A DNA stretch of 64,000 nucleotides from an uncultured Candidatus Saccharibacteria bacterium (GCA_964546555.1 CAZJJX010000002.1:16263-80262); one strand, 5' to 3'; shown: positions 20,511-30,825, numbered from the stretch's first letter. Program-made: numbers and translations. The notes: a model not told the origin generated them from the sequence alone.

Positions 20511-20852
20511 ATGGAATCAAGCCAAGAGTATTCCTCCTACTGGGGGAAACTAAAAGATAGGAAACGGATTAGCGATGACATAGTCATGATCGTTATCGCT
20601 AGCCATTCATTGTATCTTTTTGCAGATGATCCGCTGCTTCCTGTGCTACGACCACGAAACATAAAAAGAAAAGTATTTGTGGCCATTTGTAACAACAGTG
20701 TAGTACATGTAGAGTTATCCAAAGGTAGCGGTAAGGATGTTCAGGTGTCGCTCTTGCTTGATGTCCAAGTGACTGATAGCTACTCCCATGTTTCTCGTTT
20801 GCGAGACTTTTGGGATTCTGAGTCCAAAAATATGCTTCCTATTGGTGCCTAG
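20511..20852 (+). CDS. hypothetical protein
   Basis: 113-aa ORF with AAGGAGG SD. Confidence 0.55.
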   Translation: MESSQEYSSYWGKLKDRKRISDDIVMIVIASHSLYLFADDPLLPVLRPRNIKRKVFVAICNNSVVHVELSKGSGKDVQVSLLLDVQVTDSYSHVSRLRDFWDSESKNMLPIGA

Positions 20853-20918
20853 AGTGTCAAGGCCTTGCAGTTTGCAAGGCCTTTTCTTTTGCATAAAATT
20901 ATGGTATAATGCGCTCCT

Positions 20919-21431
20919 ATGACTAATGAAAATGAAACCACAGTAGATAGTCGCGTGTATGAAATTTCTTTCATCTTTGATAACAAACTAGATGAAAGCG
21001 CGGCGCTTGAAAAGAGTAACGCACTCAAGCAATCTATTGCTACCTTAGGTGGTAGCTTCATTTCAGAAGAAGCTCCGTATATGCGTGAGCTCGCTTATGA
21101 AATGATTCGCGTTGTTAATAATGTGAACGTTCGTTTTAATGAAGGATACTTCGGATGGATCAAGTTCAATCTTACTCCTCTAAAAGTTGTTGAGTTTGAA
21201 AAGGCTCTCAAGCTTGATGAGCAAATTGTCCGTTACCTTGTGGTGTCTACTGTTGCTGAGAACACTGTATACACAAAGCGTGCACCAGTTATCAAGGCTG
21301 AAACACTCGTTGACAATGAGACAGATGAGGTAGAAGTGATTGCTGATACTGTAAATATCGACACAACAAAAGATGCTGATATAGTCGAGCCAACAATCGA
21401 AACAGTTGCTGTTTCTGAGGAGACAAAGTAA
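20919..21431 (+). CDS. rpsF: 30S ribosomal protein S6 with acidic tail
   Basis: YEISFI, RELAYE, GYFGWIKF, IVRYLV; upstream of ssb-rpsR. Confidence 0.9.
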   Translation: MTNENETTVDSRVYEISFIFDNKLDESAALEKSNALKQSIATLGGSFISEEAPYMRELAYEMIRVVNNVNVRFNEGYFGWIKFNLTPLKVVEFEKALKLDEQIVRYLVVSTVAENTVYTKRAPVIKAETLVDNETDEVEVIADTVNIDTTKDADIVEPTIETVAVSEETK

Positions 21432-21496
21432 AAGAGGAGATTTTGCTACTAGTGTTATACTATTAACTATCCACTAATAACTAATCACTATTTACT

Positions 21497-21958
21497 ATGT
21501 ATCTTAACAAAGTATTTCTATTCGGTAACTTAACTCGTGACCCAGAGCAAAAGTCACTTCCAAACGGAACTGCAGTCACGAACTTCTCGCTTGCAACTAA
21601 TCGTACCTATAAAGATGCAAATGGCGCACGTCAAGAGCAGGTAGAGTATCACAACATTGTTGTCTTTGGTCGCCAAGCAGAAACAAGTGCCCAGTATCTA
21701 AAGAAGGGTCAGGGTGTTATGATCGAAGGAAGAATATCAACTCGTTCATGGGATGACAAAACAACTGGAGAAAAAAAGTACCGAACAGAGATTATTGCTG
21801 ATGCTGTACAGTTCGGGCCAAAGTCAGGAGGGGCTCCTTCTGCTGAAGGGTTCACAGGTAATCCTGGGCCAACAAGTCAAAAGGCAACACCAGCAACTGA
21901 TCTCGATACGATTGATTATGGAGATGCTAATGTTAACCTCGACGACATCCCATTTTAA
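21497..21958 (+). CDS. ssb: single-stranded DNA-binding protein
   Basis: NKVFLFGNLTRDPE, C-terminal DDIPF. Confidence 0.98.
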   Translation: MYLNKVFLFGNLTRDPEQKSLPNGTAVTNFSLATNRTYKDANGARQEQVEYHNIVVFGRQAETSAQYLKKGQGVMIEGRISTRSWDDKTTGEKKYRTEIIADAVQFGPKSGGAPSAEGFTGNPGPTSQKATPATDLDTIDYGDANVNLDDIPF

Positions 21959-22083
21959 ACAGACAAAATTATTTCATTTACTGCGTTACTTGAAATTTTT
22001 CTTCCACGCGTCGTACTAGGTGTACGACTTGGTCAGAAAAATTTCAAGTGCCTTGTATCTAAAACAATTTTCTCAGTTTAAAA
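21953..22083. repeat. palindromic element family A, copy 3
   Basis: AAAATTATTTCATTTACTGCGTT...TCCACGCGTCGTAC-N-GTACGACTTGGT...GCCTTGTATCTAAAACAATTTT. Confidence 0.85.
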
Positions 22084-22186
22084 CCGTTTCACTTGCTTAA
22101 GAAATAAAATTATTAAATTATTAATATGAAGATAAAGAAAAAAGAATTCTAACTACATTCTATTCTCTACCTTCCACACTCCACAT

Positions 22187-22390
22187 ATGAAAAAACAAGA
22201 TCACTTTAATGCTAACAACATAAAGTTCATTGACTACAAGGACACAGAAATCCTCGTTAAGTTTTTGAACCCACACGCTCGTATTCTTAATCGCCGTAAG
22301 ACCGGTCTTACAGCAAAGAATCAGCGAGCACTTGCTAACGCTGTAAAGCGTGCACGTTTTATGGGGCTTCTTCCCTATGTTGCACATTAG
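22187..22390 (+). CDS. rpsR: 30S ribosomal protein S18
   Basis: IDYKD...RRKTG..AKNQR.LA.AVKRAR.MGLLPY. Confidence 0.97.
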   Translation: MKKQDHFNANNIKFIDYKDTEILVKFLNPHARILNRRKTGLTAKNQRALANAVKRARFMGLLPYVAH

Positions 22391-22546
22391 TGCAACCGGG
22401 CGAACTTTGTAAACTAAGTTTTAGCCATACGTAGCGCACTAAGATACTTCTGATTATTCAGAAAAGACTAAAAACAATCTACACCTAGATTGTTTTTTGC
22501 TTTTGAAGGGGATACACTTAATTTATTATTTAACTAGCTAAATTAT

Positions 22547-22959
22547 ATGAAAACGTTATTTTCATTTGAGGGGAGGATTACTGCACATGATTATAGGAAA
22601 AGTTGTTCTATTGCTACTAGAGTAGGCATAGCTGCCATCCTTGTTCCTCTAGTGGTTTTGGCTCTTGCGTTTCCAGGTGTATCTATTTTTAGAGATATTG
22701 GAAATTTATTCCCTAAAGGTCAGTCAGTATTGATTTTTTTATAATTATCTTTTTTGTACTATTGTCCATATCTTTTTTGATTTTTTTAACAGGAACAGCG
22801 AGAAGGTTCCATGATCTAGATAAGAGTGGGTGGTGGACTTTGGTGACATTCATTCCAGTTGTTGGTTGGTATTGGGTTAATGCAGAACTTTCTTTTACGA
22901 GAGGAACTACCGGTCAAAATCGTTTTGGGGATGATCCGCTTTCTGGTTCTACGGTATAG
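22547..22959 (+). pseudogene. DUF805 membrane protein split by a frameshift in a T7 run
   Basis: FSFEGRI start and RRFHDLDKSGWW...GQNRFG.DP end lie in different frames; one extra T at 22734-22740 joins them. Confidence 0.8.
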
Positions 22960-23080
22960 TTGCAGGTAACTAATAGTAACTAACGATCTTCTTTTTTGAC
23001 ATCTTTGTGAAGATGGTGCACTCTATGCTCGTAGTTTAAAAGGTCTTTTATTTGTGTAATCTTTATGAGATACTTCTAGT

Positions 23081-23572
23081 ATGGAAAATTTCAATAATCA
23101 AAATAGTATTATTTCTCCACAACAGCGATTAAAAAATGCTGAAGACGAGATGCTGTTAGCAAAGAAAGAAATGACAAACACTGTTGCAGGTGGAGGTCAT
23201 GCGATAACAGAAGATGGAAATACTTACACAAAATTAGCAGGCATTAATTTACCTGAAGTGTATGTTGTGCTTCGAGAAGATCTAGCAAACACAATAGATC
23301 TTGCTATGCAAGACCGCGATGTTGCGGCATTAAATATACAAGATTCTGAAAAGTCGCTCCTTATTGATGCGTGTGTGAAGTCTTTACATGAGGGAGAAAA
23401 TAGTGACTACCAGCTAGCATATAAGCCACTTCTAGAGAGTGGGTACTTCGACGACGATAAAATGTCAAAACGTTACGTACGGTATTATCAAGAAAATTAT
23501 CATGGTACGTTTAGAGATTACTTTAAAGCAATGGTGCAAGGTGAGTTGGAAAAGATTCGGATGAAAAAATAA
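23081..23572 (+). CDS. hypothetical protein
   Basis: 163-aa ORF, no recognised motif. Confidence 0.65.
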   Translation: MENFNNQNSIISPQQRLKNAEDEMLLAKKEMTNTVAGGGHAITEDGNTYTKLAGINLPEVYVVLREDLANTIDLAMQDRDVAALNIQDSEKSLLIDACVKSLHEGENSDYQLAYKPLLESGYFDDDKMSKRYVRYYQENYHGTFRDYFKAMVQGELEKIRMKK

Positions 23573-23648
23573 AAAACAGAGGAGTGTGCTGTGTGACTGT
23601 TTTGTTTTAAATAGTGTAAAAAATTATTGTACAGGTGGAGTACGTTGA

Positions 23649-23712
23649 CCTTTGGCAAAATCAAATTTTTTGGTGGTATGGATATATTATACGTGAAAGT
23701 AATTACTCGTTA
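23649..23712 (+). repeat. direct repeat copy 1 of the ndk upstream region
   Basis: CCTTTGGCAAAATCAAA...TATGGATATATTATACGT...AGTAATTACTCGTTA, repeated at 24594-24659. Confidence 0.9.
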
Positions 23713-23818
23713 AGCGCACTAGTTTTTATAAACAAAAAAAGACCTCTTAAGGGGTTTTTGTTGATATAAATTAGGTACAAATTGCTTTTTTTAAAATTTT
23801 GTATGATACACTGTTGCT

Positions 23819-24574
23819 ATGAGTATCCAATTTTCTTGGAGCGGTAATCTTACAAAGACTGAATATATTGAGTCCATTCTCAAACTCAGAAAGTATCTTA
23901 AGTATTTATTTTTAGTGTTCGTTATAAGTATATTTTGCATACCTTCGTTCTATCACCCGACTCTAGGTTCTGTAGTAACCCCCGACGAGCAGAGTGATAT
24001 GATGACGAGAAACATGGTTCTTATCATGTTAGTTCCGGCAAGTTTATATACATTATTGCGTATTTCTTTGCTTGTTAGGCGTTTAAATAATCTTGGGAAA
24101 AATGGAACAATGTATGGTGTTGTTCAAATAATTACAATCTCAGTACTCCTTTTCCTTTCCTTAAAGTATTTTTATGTAATCTTAGACGATAATACATTAA
24201 TTGTTTTTACGCTTATTGTTATAGGTATAGTTAGTTATTTTCAGTCTCATCTTGAAAAATTATGCGAACAGGGTGCCACTGTTGATACTATTACTATGCA
24301 AAATTCTGAAGGTATCCAGATGACTGATCAAGAAAAAGAGGCAGAGAATACAGCTATTGAAAAGTTAGATCAATACAACAGAAGAAATAGATTAATAGGC
24401 GCGATCTTATTATTTATTATGGTTGAGGGTTTTATTGGCTTACTTGGTTTAATTGCCGGAGCCACTAGTGGTAAGTGGCACCTTTCCATTACAGTTTTAT
24501 TACTTACCCCGATCATTTTATTTGCACTCTATTTAAAAAGATTTATTGGAAATAAAAGTATCAAGAATTCTTAA
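23819..24574 (+). CDS. DUF805-like multi-TM protein
   Basis: FSWSGNL...Y and VRRLNNLGKNG resemble DUF805; about 6 TM. Confidence 0.65.
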   Translation: MSIQFSWSGNLTKTEYIESILKLRKYLKYLFLVFVISIFCIPSFYHPTLGSVVTPDEQSDMMTRNMVLIMLVPASLYTLLRISLLVRRLNNLGKNGTMYGVVQIITISVLLFLSLKYFYVILDDNTLIVFTLIVIGIVSYFQSHLEKLCEQGATVDTITMQNSEGIQMTDQEKEAENTAIEKLDQYNRRNRLIGAILLFIMVEGFIGLLGLIAGATSGKWHLSITVLLLTPIILFALYLKRFIGNKSIKNS

Positions 24575-24593
24575 TAGATTTGAAAGAAGTTTG

Positions 24594-24659
24594 CCTTTGG
24601 CAAAATCAAAGTTTTTTGGTAGTATGGATATATTATACGTAAACAGTAATTACTCGTTA
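24594..24659 (+). repeat. direct repeat copy 2, likely ndk promoter/leader
   Basis: Near-identical to 23649-23712; contains TTGGCA and TGGTAGTAT. Confidence 0.9.
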
Positions 24660-24674
24660 GTTGTCAACAAAACC

Positions 24675-25298
24675 ATGTCAAAACCACATCATCCAAAAAA
24701 AGAAAGAACATTTGTAATCCTTAAGCCAGACGCTGTACAGCGTGGTCTAGTCGGGGAAATCATTAAGCGTTTCGAGCGTATAGGTCTTAAGATTGTTGGT
24801 ATGAAGATGCACATGGTTAACGAAGAAACGCTCTGGGCGCACTACAACAAGGATGATGCTTGGTATATCAAGAAAGGGACAAATATTGTTGCTAACAAGA
24901 AGTCCCTAGGTATGACCATCGACAAAGAGCCAATTGAATATGGAAAAGACATTATTAGGGCAATGGTTCACTATATGTGTGCTGGTCCTGTGGTGTCACT
25001 TGTGATTGAAGGTAATAACGCACAAGCAGTTGTTAAACGTCTTGTTGGAGGTACTGAGCCTGCAACTGCAGATACGGGTACAATCCGAGGTGATTATGCA
25101 ATCGACTCCTATCTTCTTTGTGATACTGATGGTTCACGCGGTATGCGTAATCTTATTCATTGTACAGATCCTGCAGACGGTGAAGGCGCATATGATCGTG
25201 AAGTTAATCTGTGGTTTACACAAGAGGAGCTTATGAAGTACAAGCTCGTTACTGAAGTCATGCTCTATGATATTAATCTAGACGGAATTACAGAGTAA
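24675..25298 (+). CDS. ndk: nucleoside diphosphate kinase
   Basis: ERTFVILKPDAVQRGLVGEII.RFE, GTIRGDY, NLIH. Confidence 0.95.
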   Translation: MSKPHHPKKERTFVILKPDAVQRGLVGEIIKRFERIGLKIVGMKMHMVNEETLWAHYNKDDAWYIKKGTNIVANKKSLGMTIDKEPIEYGKDIIRAMVHYMCAGPVVSLVIEGNNAQAVVKRLVGGTEPATADTGTIRGDYAIDSYLLCDTDGSRGMRNLIHCTDPADGEGAYDREVNLWFTQEELMKYKLVTEVMLYDINLDGITE

Positions 25299-25310
25299 TT
25301 CTAGAGGCGC

Positions 25311-25350
25311 AACATAAAAACACAGCACCGTAGTGCTGTGTTTTTATGTT
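25311..25350 (+). terminator. intrinsic terminator
   Basis: AACATAAAAACACAGCAC-CGTA-GTGCTGTGTTTTTATGTT. Confidence 0.8.
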
Positions 25351-25446
25351 GAAGGGGATAGTGCTGTAGACTAATGAGGTATTAGCGCATATACTTGACG
25401 TACATATACGTTTATATTTTTATTTACCTTTGTATAACTTTTTTGT

Positions 25447-27510
25447 ATGGACCCACAATCAGATATCGCACAACCTAATGGCAAGCAGACACCAAGTACA
25501 GGTGTGCCACAAGTCCCGCAAACTTCTCCATTACCACAAGAGGGGCAAGTCTATACACAATCTCCAATGGGTGCAGCTTCTGAGGTTACACCTATACAAC
25601 AACAAGCTAATATGCCTGTGTACCCTCAGTCGGCGACTCATCAATATCCTCCGATGAACCCAGGTGTACCAGCACAAGTGTTCGCAAATGTTCCACCGAT
25701 GCAAGGAAGTGGGTACCCTAATCAAATGCCACCATATCAGCCGATGAGTATGCCTGGCCAAGGAATTCCGCAAGCACAACCTATGACGCAAGGAATGCCT
25801 CCATACGGAGGTGTGCAGCAAGGTGTGCCAATAAATGGACAACCGTTTCCTGTGCAAGGTCAAATGATGCCACCACAAGTACAGGTGCCACCTAGATCTT
25901 CTAAGAAAGTACTCGTTACAATTCTTGTGCTTTTGCTTACTTCTGGTGCCGCATACGGTATGTATGTTTATAAAGATACAATCAAGGCGCGTCTTCCATA
26001 TTTTGGAAGTGCAGTGGTCTTTACAGAAGACAATTTTACAACATCAATGATTGATAAGTTTAAAACGGTAAATTCAGCAGAGTATACCGTAAGTGGAAAT
26101 ATCTATGTTCGTGACCGTGAAAGTGGTGTCGTGAGCATGGATTCAAAAGCAGCGCCAACGCCGGAAAGAGTTGCTGCATATGCTCTTGATTATCAGAAGC
26201 TTCAAGTTATGAATGGTCTTATGTCTATTTTGCGCTACTCTTCTAAATCGACATACGTTAATGGTAAATACGTAACCACAAAAACATATCCTAAAAATCT
26301 TCTCGAGTTAAAGCAAGCTCAAACAAGTAGATATTCAGGCTCAGGATACTATGGTTCAAAAAGCAGTAGTGTCACAATGACTGACGACCAGATCATAGAT
26401 GCATATATTACGTACCTACCAAGTATAGATGGACAAGGATATACACTTTCTGTTCTTCTTGAAAACCAAGATGCAATTGCTGTTGCAAAAGAAGCTGCAG
26501 AAAAAAACATCTCTTACTATGTTCGTACAGATGAACAGAAATATAAAAATTCTGTTTCAGTTGATGGGGGACGTATTACCGTAAATCAGGATTATCCGAG
26601 TTCTATCTTTATCACAAGTGAGATACCAAAACCACTCTTAGCACAACTTGGTTTCTATCTCAAGGAGCTTCCTCAAGACTTTAAGCTTGCTGCTACCACA
26701 ACAATACTTTCCAAACTAGAAGAAGGTAAAAAGCCAGAACTTTCATCAAGTGTGACTGCAGAAGGGGATTTTTCTGATCTCTCATATAAGCTTGGACTTG
26801 ATGTGATCCTCAAAGAAGATATGCTTTATTATCATATTGCGAATTTCCCAGCACTCGGACTCTTTAGTGGACTTACTTCGCTTAAAGGTAAGTGGATAAA
26901 AGTTGATATGTCTCCACAAGCATCGTCAACAAAAGATATGTTTGGGTCTATGTCATTTGAAGTCCAAAAAGATCTTGAAAAAAATAAAGAGCTATCCAAA
27001 AAAACTTTAGGTATCCTTGCTCGTAGTGCTGATGCGTCCAAGCTTATATCGTTTGTGACTCCTCCTATTCATGAAAAGTTAGAAGGAAAAAATGTTACCA
27101 AGTATCAGCTTACGGTTAAAAAAGAATCACTCCGGTCGTTCCTTGATGCTCTGGAAAAAGAAGCAAGTGCTGACCCAGAGCTTGCAAAAAGTAGTAAAGG
27201 TATAGCTGAGTACAAAAAGGAGATCGAGAAGATGCTCGACTCGCCAGATTTTAATGAAGTTTACGATTATACAAAATCAAATATCTTCTTAACGGTATGG
27301 ACACGTGAAGACGGAGTACCTGTACGTATGGAGGTGCGGTTCCGTGTTGTTCCATCGTTAGAGTCAAAGAACCTTGCTGACAAGCAGATTGAAATAGTTC
27401 TTACTATGATGCTCAATAAAATTAATGAGACCATTATGATAGAAGAACCAAAAGACGCAAAGACATATAGAGAGGTTGTGGGCACAAGTACACGTGGATT
27501 CCTTTGGTAA
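25447..27510 (+). CDS. membrane-anchored protein with Pro/Gln/Met-rich N-terminus
   Basis: About 150 aa low-complexity segment, one TM, large extracytoplasmic domain. Confidence 0.8.
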   Translation: MDPQSDIAQPNGKQTPSTGVPQVPQTSPLPQEGQVYTQSPMGAASEVTPIQQQANMPVYPQSATHQYPPMNPGVPAQVFANVPPMQGSGYPNQMPPYQPMSMPGQGIPQAQPMTQGMPPYGGVQQGVPINGQPFPVQGQMMPPQVQVPPRSSKKVLVTILVLLLTSGAAYGMYVYKDTIKARLPYFGSAVVFTEDNFTTSMIDKFKTVNSAEYTVSGNIYVRDRESGVVSMDSKAAPTPERVAAYALDYQKLQVMNGLMSILRYSSKSTYVNGKYVTTKTYPKNLLELKQAQTSRYSGSGYYGSKSSSVTMTDDQIIDAYITYLPSIDGQGYTLSVLLENQDAIAVAKEAAEKNISYYVRTDEQKYKNSVSVDGGRITVNQDYPSSIFITSEIPKPLLAQLGFYLKELPQDFKLAATTTILSKLEEGKKPELSSSVTAEGDFSDLSYKLGLDVILKEDMLYYHIANFPALGLFSGLTSLKGKWIKVDMSPQASSTKDMFGSMSFEVQKDLEKNKELSKKTLGILARSADASKLISFVTPPIHEKLEGKNVTKYQLTVKKESLRSFLDALEKEASADPELAKSSKGIAEYKKEIEKMLDSPDFNEVYDYTKSNIFLTVWTREDGVPVRMEVRFRVVPSLESKNLADKQIEIVLTMMLNKINETIMIEEPKDAKTYREVVGTSTRGFLW

Positions 27511-27561
27511 AACGTTTCTTGTATGTTTGGAAATAAATTATTGATGCTACACTAACTGAGT

Positions 27562-30500
27562 ATGAAATCCAATAAAATCCTTCTAGTTCTACCATTATTC
27601 TTTGCGATATATGGTGCAGCTTTTGCAACAATTCCTCCATTTAATCTTGTTTCATCACAAACCTCCACCTCAACCTTAGGTACATCTTCATCAACCTCTT
27701 TGTCAAAAGTAGGGGCAGTTTGTACAGATATTACTCGAACGCTTGTACTTTTTTCTGCGGATACAAAAAAGAACCGTGATGTTAGCGCTCTGCAAACGTA
27801 CCTTCGCTCTATTGGTTTGTATACAGGTAAAATAAGTGGAAGCTATAACCTTGAAACCGAAAAAGCGGTCAAAGTTTTTCAAAAGCAAAATAATATCACA
27901 TCATCTGGGATGGTGATGAAGCAAACACGAGGGGCCATAAAAAATAAAACATGTACTACAAAGACAGCGGAAAATCTTCTGCCTCCTGTTTTTGATTTAG
28001 AAAAAGGCAGACCATTACCGGGTGCTACAACTTCTTTAACATATCATCAAGACATTCAACTAGATGAGCCGCTTCCTCCTGCTGGTTTCCTTGTGCCTAC
28101 TAAAGAATCTATTCCTAAAGGGTATAGTAGAAACAAAAAAACCGGAGGTACATTTTTGGTTGCCACAGGTACGGTAGGTTATGATTGGGAATACGAAAGA
28201 TTAGATTACGTAAATGGAGAATATAATAAAAATACAATTACGTTTAGTCAGTTCCACTATGCTGAGAATAATGCTGCCAACCAAGAAGCGATACGTAAAA
28301 CAATAGAACTAAATGTTGAAAAAGGAAACTGGAAAGGTAGATATTTTATGTATAACAATTCCAAAGGCTATCTCAAGAATAGTATTGGAAATAACTTCGA
28401 AACTTTTGAACTCTACTGGGACGATAGGGGTACTTTCCTACAAATAAAACTTAACGTGCCAGTGAACAAGTTTACCGATCAACAAGTTGTTAATATTTTA
28501 AGAACAATGAGATATACCGACGGGAAAGGTCTTATTGATACAGAGGTTGGTGATTCTCAGCCAACTTTTTATGGCACCTCAACGATAGAGGTTGAAAGAA
28601 AGCTTAAGATGGCTTCTTCCTTAAAGAACGAGTACACCATGAAGCAGGTACATGTACCGGACGGGTTACTTGGGCCTACGAGTAAATCGTTACCAGCTAT
28701 GTCTCCTTACGTCGGAGAGTCAATAAGTGGAAGTGAAGATTATTTCTACAATATTTCGCCAAAAGAAAAAGGTTACCGGATAACCTTCATGGGAATTTTG
28801 ATACCAGAAGATCCACAAGGGTCGACGTCGTATTTTTCTTATGTGCGGTTCTCAGAAACTTTAGCTACAAGCACAGAGAGCTCGTATGAGGCACGAAGTC
28901 AAAACGATCTCAAAGAAATTAAACGTCTTGCGTCAATAGATGGGGCAACAGTTAAAGATATACAAGTAAAAAAGTTTACGTATCAAGGTCGTGAAGGTGT
29001 TCTTTATTCATACAAGGATATGTATCAAGTTTACAATCTTCATTATAATGATAACGGAAACGACCTCCAGATTATTATTAATAATCCACCAAAAAATGTA
29101 TACACCGAAGAAAAAGTTATTGATATTTTAAGTACGCTTGTTCGTGCTCCATCTGATCTTATATATGACTCTCCAGAGATATCAGTTGTTGTACCTCCAA
29201 AAGGACTTCTTGGTATCAGTCAAAAATCTTTACTAAAGGGTTTTAGTCTGACACCGGAGAGTAAAGCGATGTCTGATAAAAACTCTACTCTTACTAAGTG
29301 GTATTCAGTAAGTTATGGTTTTGAAGATGTAGATAGACGGGATAATCGTTCATTTCCAGCAAGACAAGGACCAAGAATTGCACAGATTGTATTTAGTGAG
29401 CATGAGGTCGCTCCTTACCTAGATGGGAATGATACACAAGGTTTGACAATGTCATATCAATATATTGTGAGCGCCTTTCTCGACAACATTGCACAGGGGT
29501 ATGGTTCAGCTAGGTTCTTCACCTATAACGGTCGTCAGGGATTCCTTTGGTACTCAACAACGAGTCCTGACGTAGAAAATGTGCAGTATAGTATGGTATG
29601 GGATGATTCGGGTAAAGTATTCCAGATTAACGTATCCGCGCCGTTTTCTATGTACACACAACAAGATGTAATAAATATTCTTACTACATTAAGACGGTCA
29701 GACGGAAAAAAACTTGATGAAGTTGGGTTATCTTCTGCAAAACCAGTTTTCTTTGGAAAAGAAATTAAGATCGATCAAGACTTATCTAGATTACGCGCTA
29801 TTGAGCTTAAGTGGCCAATCTTACCTTCTGTTATTCCTGATGTTGGAAGAAAAGGATTGCTTATTCCTACTAATAGCACCGTACGGTTTGCCACCTCGTC
29901 ATACCTTTACGTATATCTAAATAATAAAGAAAATAGTAGTAATTTTCACCAGTACTACTTCTATATGAATGAAGATGCTCCTTACTGGCTCTATGTTAGA
30001 GAAAGTGATCAAAAATCTTATCAGAGTATTACATCAGCTAAAAATAATCTAGCATTAGCTGGTAATTCTGGATCATGGTTTAATCTTAAGAAGTTTACAT
30101 ATCAAGGCAATGAGGGCGTGCTATATACTCACAAAAGGCAAGGTAGGGTTACGTATGATCTGCACTACAATGATGAAGGGAGAGATTTAACTATTAATCT
30201 TTCTGAGATTCCAGAAGACGATGCTCCGTCAAAAGATACTGTGATCGGTCTTTTAAAAACACTTAAACGATCTGATGGACACTTCGCTGAGATGATAGCT
30301 AACGCATCCTCGTCAGACAGAGGTGAGATTGTTCTTCGGTTAGGACATGTTCAAAATATGGACGATGTTGCAAAAAAGGTACAAAAAGGGTTACTTATTC
30401 CAACACAAAGTTCTATTTGTAAACATTGTGTGAGTACATCGTTTGGATCATCTCAAGACCCAGATGGTGGAGGGAGTTATGAGGGGGTATTTGTGCCACT

Positions 30501-30825
30501 TACCCCAAATTGGAGCAAAGATGCATTCAGTGTTACTTTTAAAGAGGATAAAAGTAACTATAAAAAAGGTACATATGCTTCATTGAGTAAAGAAGATTAT
30601 CAAAATATTCTTAAAACTACAAAAGAAGTATCACAAAAAACTTTTACTCATAACGGAAGCGAGGGTGTTATTTATAGTTACGGAGATGGTGATACTAGGA
30701 ATTTTAGTTTGCACTATAATGATGGGGGAGATGATCTGCAGATTGTGATTAAGAACGCACCAAAGGATATGTATTCAGAAGATTCGGTAATAGCATTACT
30801 AAAAACTTTCAAGCGTAAAACCTAA
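27562..30825 (+). CDS. secreted protein: peptidoglycan-binding domain plus five diverged repeat domains
   Basis: Signal peptide; DVSALQTYL...G.Y...TEKAVKVFQKQNNI; five GLL.PT...F.Y.G.EG...LHYND.G units. Confidence 0.8.
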   Translation: MKSNKILLVLPLFFAIYGAAFATIPPFNLVSSQTSTSTLGTSSSTSLSKVGAVCTDITRTLVLFSADTKKNRDVSALQTYLRSIGLYTGKISGSYNLETEKAVKVFQKQNNITSSGMVMKQTRGAIKNKTCTTKTAENLLPPVFDLEKGRPLPGATTSLTYHQDIQLDEPLPPAGFLVPTKESIPKGYSRNKKTGGTFLVATGTVGYDWEYERLDYVNGEYNKNTITFSQFHYAENNAANQEAIRKTIELNVEKGNWKGRYFMYNNSKGYLKNSIGNNFETFELYWDDRGTFLQIKLNVPVNKFTDQQVVNILRTMRYTDGKGLIDTEVGDSQPTFYGTSTIEVERKLKMASSLKNEYTMKQVHVPDGLLGPTSKSLPAMSPYVGESISGSEDYFYNISPKEKGYRITFMGILIPEDPQGSTSYFSYVRFSETLATSTESSYEARSQNDLKEIKRLASIDGATVKDIQVKKFTYQGREGVLYSYKDMYQVYNLHYNDNGNDLQIIINNPPKNVYTEEKVIDILSTLVRAPSDLIYDSPEISVVVPPKGLLGISQKSLLKGFSLTPESKAMSDKNSTLTKWYSVSYGFEDVDRRDNRSFPARQGPRIAQIVFSEHEVAPYLDGNDTQGLTMSYQYIVSAFLDNIAQGYGSARFFTYNGRQGFLWYSTTSPDVENVQYSMVWDDSGKVFQINVSAPFSMYTQQDVINILTTLRRSDGKKLDEVGLSSAKPVFFGKEIKIDQDLSRLRAIELKWPILPSVIPDVGRKGLLIPTNSTVRFATSSYLYVYLNNKENSSNFHQYYFYMNEDAPYWLYVRESDQKSYQSITSAKNNLALAGNSGSWFNLKKFTYQGNEGVLYTHKRQGRVTYDLHYNDEGRDLTINLSEIPEDDAPSKDTVIGLLKTLKRSDGHFAEMIANASSSDRGEIVLRLGHVQNMDDVAKKVQKGLLIPTQSSICKHCVSTSFGSSQDPDGGGSYEGVFVPLTPNWSKDAFSVTFKEDKSNYKKGTYASLSKEDYQNILKTTKEVSQKTFTHNGSEGVIYSYGDGDTRNFSLHYNDGGDDLQIVIKNAPKDMYSEDSVIALLKTFKRKT

